DNA of 58,222 nucleotides from a virus (Duplodnaviria; Caudoviricetes): positions 1 through 58,222 of IMG/VR virus record IMGVR_UViG_3300034116_002079; one strand, 5' to 3'. The notes beneath the pieces were generated by a model. That model was not told the origin of the DNA, made no database searches, and saw nothing but the letters and a program-made list of their open reading frames with translations. Positions 7,849-18,032 of the stretch are shown piece after piece (the first letter of the stretch is position 1; each line of letters opens with the position of its first letter). A program made the position numbers and the translations under genes.

Positions 7849-8415
7849 ATGGCAACAAATTTAGTAACAAAAGCAGAATACAAAGCTTACATGGGAATTA
7901 CAAGTGCAAACTCTGATACAGAAATTGATTTCTTAATACCCAAGGTTAGCGATTTAGTAAAAACATATTGCCGTCGTACTTTCATTGATTTTTACGATGA
8001 GGCAAAAACAGAATATTTTGACGGTGGTTTCAACAAGCTGATTTTAAAAGAATCACCAGTAGTTAACGTAACTTCTGTAGGATACAGCGAAGATTTTGGC
8101 AAGACCTATCGCACATTAGCAAAATTCACAGATTGGATTCAGCGCGATGATTTTGTATTAAGCACAAATCCAAACGGCTTTGCTGAAGTATTAAACGGAT
8201 ATAAAGTAGTTTACTTTGCAGGCTACGAAGTAGTGCCTTCAGACTTGAAGTTAGCAGTATTAGATTTAATAGAATATTATTCAAGAAACAACGGTGCTGT
8301 ACACAGCACTCGTGATTTAAATCCGAATACAACACAGATTACCTACGTTGCTTCAAACAACTTTCCTGCAGCGATCAAGCGTGTGCTAGATCAGTATATG
8401 GCGGACTTCAGCTAA
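7849..8415 (+). CDS. Head completion/head-tail adaptor (T5 p144-like)
   Basis: Position after capsid; LVTKAEYK..Y..GY..VPSDLKLA..FPAAIKRVLDQY; start at ATG 7849 after GAGGT. Confidence 0.8.
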   Translation: MATNLVTKAEYKAYMGITSANSDTEIDFLIPKVSDLVKTYCRRTFIDFYDEAKTEYFDGGFNKLILKESPVVNVTSVGYSEDFGKTYRTLAKFTDWIQRDDFVLSTNPNGFAEVLNGYKVVYFAGYEVVPSDLKLAVLDLIEYYSRNNGAVHSTRDLNPNTTQITYVASNNFPAAIKRVLDQYMADFS

Positions 8416-9800
8416 TGGCTAATCGTAAAGTAAGTCTTAAAGATCTAATTGATGATTTTGACCCTGCTGTACGACAGGCCTTGTCAGAAGATCTCCGTGA
8501 GACGTTAAATAAACGACCACACGTATTAGATATAAGCTATCGTGCTTTACGAATTAATAACAAAGAGCAGTACAGTGAAGAAGTATTCCGAGAAATTTAC
8601 AACACTGTTATTAAAATAGTTGGTGAAAAAGCAGCTCGTAGATACGCTTCTATTGAAGAGATTCCACGAAACTATTTTACAGGCTCACAAGGCTACTTAG
8701 TCTATGTAGATGGTGGAGATACTCAAAGATTGCTAATGGCAAAATCTTTTAAAGCCATTCGTTCGTTTATTAGTGATAACGTAACAAATGATCCAAGGCT
8801 AAAAGACACTATTTTTGGTCAGCGTATTAAAAGTCAAAAAGCAATAAAAAACAGAGCTGGAAAACCTACTGGAGACTTTGAAACAGAATATGTATCTAAC
8901 GTAGAATTAGGACATATTGCTAGTGCAGGTACTGGACAGGAATATTTGACGAGCCCTCTTACAGAAAAGCTATTTGGTTTAATGGATTACGGAGAGTTGA
9001 ATGGTAATACTCTTGTAACCCAGTACGCAAAAGAAGCACTAGATAAAGTTTACGAAGTTCAGGCAGACGCAGAGTACATGTTTAAAAACACTACTCCTGA
9101 AGCGCTACAAGGAATCGAAAAAACGTTTGGAAAGCTATTCGTAGTTGTCACGTTACACACATTCGATGTGAACCAAACATTCTCAAACGAAGAAGCAAAG
9201 ATATTCCAAGAGCTACAAAGAAAAATAGCTATGTTAGCTAGTAAACCTTTAGTAGCTAATTATATGAAAGACATGATGTCTTCTAATACTATGTTAGAAG
9301 ACATTGAGCAAGCAATTGTTAGTATTTTAAAAACTGGCAAACCAAATCTTAAGCGACATACAGCTAAAAAAGGTGCTACACCTAAGAAGCAAGTTGGTAA
9401 AAAACAAAATTTACCTGCCAAGCAAAAGATTACAGGTAAAACTAATCTACCAAAACAAACTGCCGAAAACTCTGTAAACTTAATAAGCCTTCAAAACTTA
9501 TTAAATTCTCAGTTGCAGGATGTTATAAGTGGTAATATGGGAGACGGCTCTAGTAGAGGTTTATTAAACTACAGAACTGGCAGATTTGCCAGCACTGCGG
9601 AAGTAAAGCGTTTATCTATAAGCAGAGAAGGCATGATAACTGCATTTTACGATTATATGAAAAACCCGTACGCAACATTTAGTACTGGAGGCAAACAAGA
9701 GTATCCAAGATCTAGAGATCCTAAGCTACTCATTTCCAGATCGATCAGACAAATTGCCGCTGAAGTAGTTAACAATAGATTAAGGGCGGTACTAGTATGA
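8415..9800 (+). CDS. Tail completion/neck protein (T5 p143-like, enlarged)
   Basis: C-terminal LNYRTGRFA..YMKNPY..RDPKLLISRSIRQIA pattern and gene order. Confidence 0.7.
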   Translation: MANRKVSLKDLIDDFDPAVRQALSEDLRETLNKRPHVLDISYRALRINNKEQYSEEVFREIYNTVIKIVGEKAARRYASIEEIPRNYFTGSQGYLVYVDGGDTQRLLMAKSFKAIRSFISDNVTNDPRLKDTIFGQRIKSQKAIKNRAGKPTGDFETEYVSNVELGHIASAGTGQEYLTSPLTEKLFGLMDYGELNGNTLVTQYAKEALDKVYEVQADAEYMFKNTTPEALQGIEKTFGKLFVVVTLHTFDVNQTFSNEEAKIFQELQRKIAMLASKPLVANYMKDMMSSNTMLEDIEQAIVSILKTGKPNLKRHTAKKGATPKKQVGKKQNLPAKQKITGKTNLPKQTAENSVNLISLQNLLNSQLQDVISGNMGDGSSRGLLNYRTGRFASTAEVKRLSISREGMITAFYDYMKNPYATFSTGGKQEYPRSRDPKLLISRSIRQIAAEVVNNRLRAVLV

Positions 9801-10237
9801 GCAGACGAATTAGTATTGTAAAAGCACTAGCAGAAAAATTAAAGACTATAGACGGAACTGGACCATATACAACAAATTTATATGATAATAGTTACGCAAA
9901 GCTAAAGTTCTGGGATGAAATACAGGACTTTCCAGCTGTGTACATGAGCCCAGGTACTGAAATGCGAGAGTATCATCCAGGTGATTTTACCTGGGGTTAT
10001 ATTAACATTAGTATTAAAGCTTACGTTAGGGATCAAGACGATCCACAATCTAGACTAGAAGAACTACTTCATGACTTAGAAACTTGCATCGATGCAAATC
10101 GTGTTTTAGTTTATGACCAAGATAATAATCTGGAAACGACTGAAATCTTAGTTCAGAGTATTATGACCGACGAAGGGCTATTAGTGCCATATGGTGTTGG
10201 TGAAATAAATATACAGGTGCGGTACGCACTATCATAA
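9797..10237 (+). CDS. Tail terminator protein (T5 p142-like)
   Basis: FWDEIQDFPAV, TDEGLLVPYG; directly before the tail tube gene. Confidence 0.8.
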   Translation: MSRRISIVKALAEKLKTIDGTGPYTTNLYDNSYAKLKFWDEIQDFPAVYMSPGTEMREYHPGDFTWGYINISIKAYVRDQDDPQSRLEELLHDLETCIDANRVLVYDQDNNLETTEILVQSIMTDEGLLVPYGVGEINIQVRYALS

Positions 10238-10310
10238 CGTTATATGGCACCAAAACAGATAAATGTCTCGTAGGTGTGCCTTACGTTAAAACTTAAAAAA
10301 AGGAATAACT

Positions 10311-11483
10311 ATGGCAGTTAATTTAATTCGTAATAGTAGAGTCTTCTTTACTACAAACGTCGATAGTCAAGGTCGAATCCGTGCTGGTGCTTATAAAGAT
10401 GAAGCACAACCGTTTACGACTACTAATACATGGGAAATCCAAGTTCTCGAAGGCATGACTTTTAGTCAGAACACTACAGTTGATACTGTTACACTAAACG
10501 AAGCTGGTGCAGCACCTGCCCGTGGTCAGCGTAGCTTTAACACTGCTCTTGAGCCTTTGGACTTTACATTCTCCACATACTTACGCCCTAACTTAGATTC
10601 CACAACAATTACTTGCGAAGAAAAAGTATTGTGGAACGCTTTTGGTGGAGCTATTGCACTTGGTACAGCCAATGCTGCCTGGGTAGATGGTACAAGCCCT
10701 ACTCCTGGTACTTTTACTGTAGCTAATTCTAACAAGCACCAATTACAAGCCTTTGGCCTTATTGTTGTGTTTGATGATTTAGCTTATGCACTCGACAACT
10801 GCGCTTTAGACACAGCTACTATTGATTTCGGTATCGATGCTATTGCCGCTATTCAGTGGGCTGGAAAAGGTAGCTTGATTCGTCAAGTCGCCATCGCTGC
10901 TAGTGCTCCTGCTTCTGGTAAAGTAACTTTTACTGGTGCTGATGTTGGTGCAGTTGGTGTTGAAGAAGCAAACGCTAAAAACACAGCCGCTAAGTTTATT
11001 ACTAATAAGCTTACTGTGTTGCAAGTTAATGATGATATCAATGACTTTGCTGGCAGCGACTATAGCGTGCCAATTACTGGTGGCTCGATTACTATGAGCA
11101 ACAACTTAACATACTTAACACCTGCTAACTTAGGTGTTGTTAACTTGCCAATCACATATTTCACAGGCACACGTAGTATTACAGGTACTTTGACTGCTTA
11201 CTTGCGTAGCGGTTCTGCAAATACTGGTGGTTTGTTGCAAGGTCTGTTAGCAAATGCTGCTACCGAAATTAACCCAAGCTATGCTATCAACATTCAAATG
11301 GGCGGAACAAGCGGTACACACGTTGACGTTGGAATTCCTGCAGCTATGTTGCAAATCCCAACAGTTAATACAGAACAAGTTATTAGTACTACATTGACTT
11401 TCACTGGACAAGGTTATACAAGCACAGCGTTTGATATCGACCAAGCCAACGAAGTTACTGTTAAGTACTACGCAACAGCTTAA
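10311..11483 (+). CDS. Major tail tube protein (T5 pb6-like)
   Basis: LIRNSRVF, EIQVLEG.TFSQ, RGQRSFNTALEP.DFTFSTY.RP, NNLTYLTP, FTGTRSITG. Confidence 0.9.
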   Translation: MAVNLIRNSRVFFTTNVDSQGRIRAGAYKDEAQPFTTTNTWEIQVLEGMTFSQNTTVDTVTLNEAGAAPARGQRSFNTALEPLDFTFSTYLRPNLDSTTITCEEKVLWNAFGGAIALGTANAAWVDGTSPTPGTFTVANSNKHQLQAFGLIVVFDDLAYALDNCALDTATIDFGIDAIAAIQWAGKGSLIRQVAIAASAPASGKVTFTGADVGAVGVEEANAKNTAAKFITNKLTVLQVNDDINDFAGSDYSVPITGGSITMSNNLTYLTPANLGVVNLPITYFTGTRSITGTLTAYLRSGSANTGGLLQGLLANAATEINPSYAINIQMGGTSGTHVDVGIPAAMLQIPTVNTEQVISTTLTFTGQGYTSTAFDIDQANEVTVKYYATA

Positions 11484-11500
11484 GCTGTAACTTTAACAGC

Positions 11501-11532
11501 AGGTGCTGGGTTGATCTCCAGCACCTATTTTT
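11501..11532 (+). terminator. Intrinsic terminator
   Basis: AGGTGCTGG..CCAGCACCT stem followed by ATTTTT. Confidence 0.75.
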
Positions 11533-11563
11533 AGACTCTAGAAAAATAATATCAAGGAAATCC

Positions 11564-11977
11564 ATGGCACAAGAAATTAGCCTGAAATCATTACTAGTAC
11601 CTAGTAAAACAATCGAAGTTGACTATCCAGGATTCTCTGGGTTTAAGCTTCAAATTAACTACATTAGTCGTGATAACTTAATCAACTTACGTAAAAAGTC
11701 TACTAAAACTACTTTCAAGGGTCGACAAACCCAAGAAGACTTTAACGAAGATTTATTCTTGGAACTTTACGTTGACGCAGCTATTCGTGGTTGGTCCGGT
11801 TTAAAGTTTAAGTATGTTGACCTGTTAGCGCCGGTTGATGTTAGCAAGTTTGATCCAGAAGACGAATTGGGCTACTCAAAAGAAAACGCATTAATGCTAA
11901 TTAAGAATTCTACTGATTTTGACAGCTTTGTCAGCGAGCGAGTAAACGACTTGGGAAACTTTGCGACGAGCAATTAA
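11564..11977 (+). CDS. Tail assembly chaperone (gpG equivalent)
   Basis: Between tube and tape measure; ends just after the slippery heptamer GGGAAAC. Confidence 0.8.
   Translation: MAQEISLKSLLVPSKTIEVDYPGFSGFKLQINYISRDNLINLRKKSTKTTFKGRQTQEDFNEDLFLELYVDAAIRGWSGLKFKYVDLLAPVDVSKFDPEDELGYSKENALMLIKNSTDFDSFVSERVNDLGNFATSN
11953..11959 (+). other. -1 programmed frameshift site G GGA AAC
   Basis: X XXY YYZ heptamer in frame; the -1 frame is open and continuous with ORF 12007-12345. Confidence 0.8.
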
Positions 11978-12006
11978 CTGAAGTAAAACAGCAGTTAATT
12001 AGCTAT

Positions 12007-12345
12007 ATGCAAAACGGTACTGTAGCCATGACCAAAGATCAATACTTTGATATGTGCGAACAACTTGGCTCAGAACCCGTTGAAAGTGAGATACCCGTTG
12101 AATTCGAAGATTTTGCTATGGAGGTTCAACTCGCACTTAGTATATACAGACTACTAAGGGATGAGTGGGAATACATGAACGGAAACTATTTAGGTAAAAA
12201 CTTAAATGGTATCTTTGAACTTTTTGATGTATATGAAGTACATCCCAAAGATAAAAAGTTCTACCTTGAATTAATTCACATGATTGATTCAACCAGAATC
12301 GATGAGATTAGAAACTCTAAACCAACAGAAAAACCCGCTACGTAA
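12007..12345 (+). CDS. Tail assembly chaperone frameshift extension (gpT equivalent)
   Basis: Frame open from 11953; no clear RBS before 12007. Confidence 0.75.
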   Translation: MQNGTVAMTKDQYFDMCEQLGSEPVESEIPVEFEDFAMEVQLALSIYRLLRDEWEYMNGNYLGKNLNGIFELFDVYEVHPKDKKFYLELIHMIDSTRIDEIRNSKPTEKPAT

Positions 12346-12362
12346 AACCTAGCGGGTTTTTT
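12329..12362 (+). terminator. Intrinsic terminator
   Basis: AAAACCCGCTA..TAGCGGGTTTTTT. Confidence 0.85.
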
Positions 12363-12382
12363 ATTGGTAAAAATTTTTTGGT

Positions 12383-12411
12383 TTGACAAAAGAGTCCTAT
12401 AATGTTATAAT
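12383..12411 (+). promoter_or_regulatory. sigma70-type promoter for tape measure and tail tip
   Basis: TTGACA-N17-TATAAT with TGn extension. Confidence 0.85.
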
Positions 12412-12459
12412 GATACCAAACAATTAATTAATTGTTACTTTAATAGCCTGGGAGAGTCT

Positions 12460-15400
12460 ATGGCAGGGAATACGGTAATTGTTAACGTTGAAATGAATGA
12501 CCCAAGTGGTTCAGGCAAAAAACGTATAGCAGAAACAAAAGAATACAATCAAGAACTTACAAAAGCAGCTGAGCTGAGTCGTAAAGCTGCTGGAGTGCGT
12601 TCTGGATATCGCGCCTCGGGAGAGGGCACAGAATATAATCGCGGCCGTGGTGCAATGGGTGCCACAGGAGCAAGTGCACGAGATTTTGCAAAAGAATCAC
12701 GCGGTCTCGGTGGATTAGTACAAGTATACGCAACAGTTGCAGCTAACCTCTTTGCGGTTACAGCTGCTTTTGGTGCTTTAAAAGATGCAATGAATACTAC
12801 TAACATGGTTAGTGGTATGAATCAATTAGGGTCTGTCAGCGGAGTAGCCTTAGGTACTATGGCTCAAAAATTCGTAGAAGCTACAGACGGAGCCGTTAGT
12901 TTGCGTGAAGCAATGTCAAGCGTAACTAAAGCTAGTTCTGCTGGTCTAAGCAATAAACAAATTACTGATATTGCTAAAGGTGCTAAACAAGCTTCACAAG
13001 CATTAGGCTTAGATATGGCCGACGCAGTTAGTCGTTTAACTCGCGGTATTACCAAGTTAGAGCCTGAATTATTAGACGAATTGGGTTTATATACTAAAAT
13101 TGGTCCTGCTGTTGATAAGTATGCTGCAAGCATAGGAAAAACCGCTACTACACTAACAGATTTTGAGCGTCGTCAAGCTTTTGCAATTGCCAGTTTAGCT
13201 GAGTTAGAGCAAAAATACGGAGATATTGAATTAGCAGCTAATCCCTGGCAAAAGTTAGAAGCCAGTATTCGTAACTTAGCTACAGCAGGCCTGGAGTTAG
13301 TTAACAAAGTTTTAGTGCCAATAGCAAGTGTACTAGCAAATAATAGTACGTTACTAGGTGCAGTTTTAGCAGGTTTAGCACTAAAATTAATGAACATGGC
13401 TATCCCAGCTTTAGCAAGCTGGAGAAGTGAGTTAACAAAGACAGCTGCAGCCGCAAAGAAAAATGCTGCAGAAATCACAGAAAGTTTTGCCAGTAAAAGC
13501 GTAGAGTCTACGATGGCAAAATTTAATTTGCCAGAACTGCAAAGCAATTTAGATTCAGCTAAAGATAGATACGCTAAAGCAGTCGCAGATATTGCACAGA
13601 TACAAAAAGATCAAAAATTAAGAGATACTAAAACTACAAAGAATATTACTAGTGGTATCTACGGCGAAGATCCTAAAGACTTTACTCGTACTCAAGCACA
13701 GATTAATGATTTAAATAGTAAAGGCACTACTCAAGCTTCCGCCTATGCAGATGCACTTAAGCGTGCAAAAGATGCCAAAAAAGAAGAACTAAACCTTACC
13801 AAACAAATCAGTAGCGCACAAAATCAAGCTGAAGATCAGTTTCAAAAGTCTAATATGAGCGAAGAAGCTCGTCGCAGGATTAGTCGCCAAGCAGCCAGCA
13901 GATCAGAAAGTCTAAACGCATTAGCAGATGTTTCTACTAATACACAACAAGGTGGATTCCGCTATGGTTTAGCACAACTTGAAAAACAAGTAAACGCTTC
14001 TGCTGCTATGGGCGGATGGGACAAATTAAAAACTCGTGCTACTGGTTGGGCAATTGCCGCAACTACCGAAGCAGGCATCTTTATGAGAAGCTTGGGTAGT
14101 TTAATGAATGTGGTAGGTATAGCTGCCGGTGTAGTAGGTATCTTAAGTTTTATATTTAGCAAAAACGGTCAGGCAGTAAGTGAGTTTAATTCACAAGTAT
14201 CGCAAAATAATGCCACCGTAAACACAGCCATTGAAGTAATGAAACGGTACGGCGATACACTTAGCGCCGCTGGAAGTATTGCAAAAGGCAACGTGTTTGG
14301 TCAGCTAACGGAAGATCTAGGAGTTTTAGCAGATAAATTGGCTCGTGCAGACGAGATGGCTAGCCCCTTTGACAGGTTTATAGACGGTTTCTACACCGCT
14401 ATTGACAAAGGCATGAAAGCAGACTTTGCCAACAGTGTAGCAGCAAACCTAGCTAGACAGATTAGCTTAATCCCAGAAGGCCCACTTAAAGAAGCTGCTG
14501 AAGCTCGCTTAAAAGAAGTTTTAAAGGTAGGTAATTTAAGCGAACAAGCTGTACGAGACGCAATGCTTGCTGCTGATAACAAGGATGTTATTAAGATTGC
14601 AAGGGACGCTAACAAAGAATTAACAGCCTTGTCCAATCGTCAAAAAGAAGTTGCTTACAATATTAAAAGCGTTACAGAGTCTGTAAAAACTGCAGATGAG
14701 TCTTTCCAGCAACTAGGGGTGACTTTATCCGCTAGCGACCCTGTGTCAAAGTTTGGTCGAGACTTAATGGCTGTTGGTATAGATCTTCAAAAGTCTTTTA
14801 AAGATGCAGAAAGCACTTTCGGATCATTAGAAAAATTATTGGAAAAACCAAGGGTGCTAGGCTTATTAGGCCCTGGAGCAGTTGAAGAAATAAAAAGCAT
14901 AAAGCAGCAGCTGCCTGATATTACTAAAAATATAGATACATTTACAGTACAAGTAGCAGCAGCACAAAGTCAGTTAGACGCATTTGCTAGCATGGACTTT
15001 AGCAATGCCAGCCAAGAAACATTAACTGTAGTAGAAAAAGAAAGACAGAGATTAAAGACCAGGTTAGAAAATCTAACAATTGTGCTGGATTCTAACAAAC
15101 TAAATTTTGAATCTCTTAATCAACAACTTAATAAAATTGTTTCCAGAGCAATTGGTGAAGGTTACGCTTTGGTAGAACGCATGGCTAGTGCTGCACAAGC
15201 ACAAGCTGCACTAACAATTAGTAAAAACCTACTGCAAGGATTAAGCGGCCCAGGGATTGCCAGAGCCATGGGGCAGTTGAATGTACAGGAGATAAGTCTT
15301 CAACAGCAACAAAATAGTATTATGACTAGTTTAAATAATACTATGATACGTGCTAACGCTTTAAAAGAACGCGAACTTGCAGAAACCGGTATTAAAGATT

Positions 15401-17139
15401 TAGAAGAAAAAGCCAAAAAAGGACCTTTAAGCGCAGATGAAACCAGTAAGCTTCAAAACTTAAGAGGTACTGTTGCAGGAGCAGATATAGTTACTGGTGC
15501 AATAGCAGGACGTAAAACTATTACACGACAGCAAATAGAAGGCATGACACCAGAAATTGCAACAGTCGCAGGTCAGTACGCTGTTAGTACTCAGGGAGCT
15601 CGTGCAACAAATGCGGCATTAGAGGCTAAAAAACGTATTGAACAAAACAACATTGAACTTGGTAGCTTAAAAGAAATCAGAGATGAGCAGTTAAAATTAG
15701 AGCAATCTAACGGCCGTTTAATTGACTTAAAGAAACAGCAACAAGACTTAACTTTAAATATCTACGATTTTTTAAGTGATTCGCAATTGACAGCCAAGTT
15801 GCAGCTAGAGACTGATAAGCAAGGCAAAGACCAGCTATTGGCCAGAAGAGGCTTAATGGATGATATTTTTGGCGTTGTAGATAGAATAGCAATAGCTCAG
15901 CGAAATGAAGACAAAGCATCCGTAGCAGCTCTAGGCGAATTACGTGACTCAAAATTTAAACAACTTGAGTTATTAGACGAGCAGCAGACAAAAGAAGGTC
16001 AGATTCTTACTATACAACAAGCTCAAGCAAGAATTGCTAATGAGTATAAAAAGATCAATCTACTTACTCAAGATCGAATTGCACTAGAGCAGTTGCAAAG
16101 AGATACTGAAATGGATAGTATTAATAATCAATTGGAATTACTGGGGATACGAAGCCAAGTTCAAATAATGCATCCAGACGAAATTGCTGCACAAGAAAAG
16201 TCTTTAAAGCTGAACTTGTTGTTAAGGCAGTCTGAAAATGATAAAGCAAAAGCAAATGAAACCTATGCAAGCACGGTTAGAAAAATTGCTGAAGATGAGA
16301 AAAAAGCTAAAGAAGACGTAACTAATTACGATAAAGAATCTTTTGATAGAAGACGTGCTACCGCAGATACTTTCTGGAATTGGGAATTATCCCGTATCGA
16401 TCAAAACAACAATGCAAAGCAAAAGAGTATTGATTTACAGTACTCTATGACTGATCGTATGAAAAACTACGAAGCAACTTTTGTTAGAAGTTTTGCTAAT
16501 ATGGCGGATGCTATCGTGCAAATGGTTACTACGGGCAAAGGTAGTTTTAAAGATTTAATTAATAGCATGATCGCTGACTTAATTCGTTATGAGTTACAAC
16601 AGCAGATGATGGCTAGCTATAAGAGTATTGGCGGTGTAAAAGGCATATTTAATATGTTCACAGGAATGGGTCGTATTGACAATTCCATTAATACCTTAGT
16701 TAATTCTGGCGGCCCAGGTTTACCAGGATTTAGCTTAGAGGCTCAAGGTGGTGTTTACGATGCTGGCTTACGAAAGTTTGCCAAAGGTGGTACATTTACT
16801 AATTCTGTGGTTAATTCTCCTACTATGTTTAAGTTTGCACAAGGTGCAGGCTTAATGGGTGAAGCAGGTCCAGAAGCTATTATGCCCCTAAAGCGTGACA
16901 GCAATGGTAATCTTGGCGTCCGTTCAGACAATAATGGCGGCAGTAAAGTTGACATTGTTGTTAATAACTACTCGTCTGAGAAAGCAACTACAACAGAAAC
17001 AGTTGATTCTAAGGGCAATCGTAAGATTGAAGTTATTGTTGGTGACATGGTCGCCGATCAACTTAGCCGAACAGGTTCTGCTGCTCAACAAGCTTTAACT
17101 GGTAGTTACGGACAGCGTCCCTCAATGGTAAGGAGATAA
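12460..17139 (+). CDS. Tape measure protein
   Basis: 1559 aa, Ala/Leu/Lys helical; T5 pb2-like start (GLVQVYATVAANLFA); C-terminal FAKGG..GLMGEAGPEAIMPL motif. Confidence 0.92.
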   Translation: MAGNTVIVNVEMNDPSGSGKKRIAETKEYNQELTKAAELSRKAAGVRSGYRASGEGTEYNRGRGAMGATGASARDFAKESRGLGGLVQVYATVAANLFAVTAAFGALKDAMNTTNMVSGMNQLGSVSGVALGTMAQKFVEATDGAVSLREAMSSVTKASSAGLSNKQITDIAKGAKQASQALGLDMADAVSRLTRGITKLEPELLDELGLYTKIGPAVDKYAASIGKTATTLTDFERRQAFAIASLAELEQKYGDIELAANPWQKLEASIRNLATAGLELVNKVLVPIASVLANNSTLLGAVLAGLALKLMNMAIPALASWRSELTKTAAAAKKNAAEITESFASKSVESTMAKFNLPELQSNLDSAKDRYAKAVADIAQIQKDQKLRDTKTTKNITSGIYGEDPKDFTRTQAQINDLNSKGTTQASAYADALKRAKDAKKEELNLTKQISSAQNQAEDQFQKSNMSEEARRRISRQAASRSESLNALADVSTNTQQGGFRYGLAQLEKQVNASAAMGGWDKLKTRATGWAIAATTEAGIFMRSLGSLMNVVGIAAGVVGILSFIFSKNGQAVSEFNSQVSQNNATVNTAIEVMKRYGDTLSAAGSIAKGNVFGQLTEDLGVLADKLARADEMASPFDRFIDGFYTAIDKGMKADFANSVAANLARQISLIPEGPLKEAAEARLKEVLKVGNLSEQAVRDAMLAADNKDVIKIARDANKELTALSNRQKEVAYNIKSVTESVKTADESFQQLGVTLSASDPVSKFGRDLMAVGIDLQKSFKDAESTFGSLEKLLEKPRVLGLLGPGAVEEIKSIKQQLPDITKNIDTFTVQVAAAQSQLDAFASMDFSNASQETLTVVEKERQRLKTRLENLTIVLDSNKLNFESLNQQLNKIVSRAIGEGYALVERMASAAQAQAALTISKNLLQGLSGPGIARAMGQLNVQEISLQQQQNSIMTSLNNTMIRANALKERELAETGIKDLEEKAKKGPLSADETSKLQNLRGTVAGADIVTGAIAGRKTITRQQIEGMTPEIATVAGQYAVSTQGARATNAALEAKKRIEQNNIELGSLKEIRDEQLKLEQSNGRLIDLKKQQQDLTLNIYDFLSDSQLTAKLQLETDKQGKDQLLARRGLMDDIFGVVDRIAIAQRNEDKASVAALGELRDSKFKQLELLDEQQTKEGQILTIQQAQARIANEYKKINLLTQDRIALEQLQRDTEMDSINNQLELLGIRSQVQIMHPDEIAAQEKSLKLNLLLRQSENDKAKANETYASTVRKIAEDEKKAKEDVTNYDKESFDRRRATADTFWNWELSRIDQNNNAKQKSIDLQYSMTDRMKNYEATFVRSFANMADAIVQMVTTGKGSFKDLINSMIADLIRYELQQQMMASYKSIGGVKGIFNMFTGMGRIDNSINTLVNSGGPGLPGFSLEAQGGVYDAGLRKFAKGGTFTNSVVNSPTMFKFAQGAGLMGEAGPEAIMPLKRDSNGNLGVRSDNNGGSKVDIVVNNYSSEKATTTETVDSKGNRKIEVIVGDMVADQLSRTGSAAQQALTGSYGQRPSMVRR

Positions 17140-17142
17140 TAT

Positions 17143-17505
17143 ATGCCAATTCAGTGGCCAACTACATTGCCGCAAGTACCTCAAAAAGGTTTTCAGGAGA
17201 CTGTGGGTGTTAACGTCATCCGCAGTCAAACTGATGCCGGCCCAGCAAAGCAACGCAGGCGTGCAGCTCGTCCTAATGAAATGAATTTATCTTTTATTAT
17301 GACAACTGCACAATGCGAAAGATTAGAAACTTTCATCAAAGACGATATAAAAGGTGTAAGCCGTTTTACATTTCCACATCCTAGAAAACTCGGTACTACA
17401 GTAGATGCCAGAATTATTCCTGGCAGCAATGGGGAGTTCTTTAGTCTACAATATATTGCACCAGGTTTCTGGTCTACTAGTTTAAAAATGGAAATAATGC
17501 CATGA
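17143..17505 (+). CDS. Distal tail protein (lambda gpM/Dit-like)
   Basis: WP.TLP..IRSQTDAGPAKQRRR; 120 aa, directly after the tape measure. Confidence 0.75.
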   Translation: MPIQWPTTLPQVPQKGFQETVGVNVIRSQTDAGPAKQRRRAARPNEMNLSFIMTTAQCERLETFIKDDIKGVSRFTFPHPRKLGTTVDARIIPGSNGEFFSLQYIAPGFWSTSLKMEIMP

Positions 17506-18032
17506 GTCGTTTAACCCGATTGTCTCCACAAGCCATACGTGCAATGTATGGCTCGGAAACAGATCAAGCACTAATTATGCTTTTAACTGTTTACGATGCA
17601 ACAGATAACTCAACAATTATTGGACGCATGGCAGACGGTTTTACTGGTAGGTTACCGGCTTTAACTACTGAAGCTGAAATAGTGTATGGAGTAACAAGTC
17701 GAAGCAATGACTACTACTTTATACCTATGGAAATTACATTGCCAGGCGAACAAGAAACAGGCGTAGGTCAGTGTAGCATAACAATAAATTATGCCTCACC
17801 CGACTTAATTGCCGCTATTCGTGCAGGCATTACAAAGCCAACAAAAATACTATTAGAGCTAGTACTCTCTGGCTCACCCGATACTGTTGAAGCTAGTTTC
17901 GCAGATTTTTATATTACCAGTGTAAATTATGACGCACAGAAAATTAGCTTAAGTTTAGACATGATTAATCTAAGCAGAGAGCCTTTTCCTTGCTTTAGTT
18001 TTACACCTGGTTACTTTCCAGGACTATTTTAA
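17502..18032 (+). CDS. Minor tail/tail-tip hub protein (gpL position, DUF1833-like)
   Basis: PMEITLP, SPDTVE, EPFP..FTP..FPGLF end; position between Dit and NlpC. Confidence 0.65.
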   Translation: MSRLTRLSPQAIRAMYGSETDQALIMLLTVYDATDNSTIIGRMADGFTGRLPALTTEAEIVYGVTSRSNDYYFIPMEITLPGEQETGVGQCSITINYASPDLIAAIRAGITKPTKILLELVLSGSPDTVEASFADFYITSVNYDAQKISLSLDMINLSREPFPCFSFTPGYFPGLF

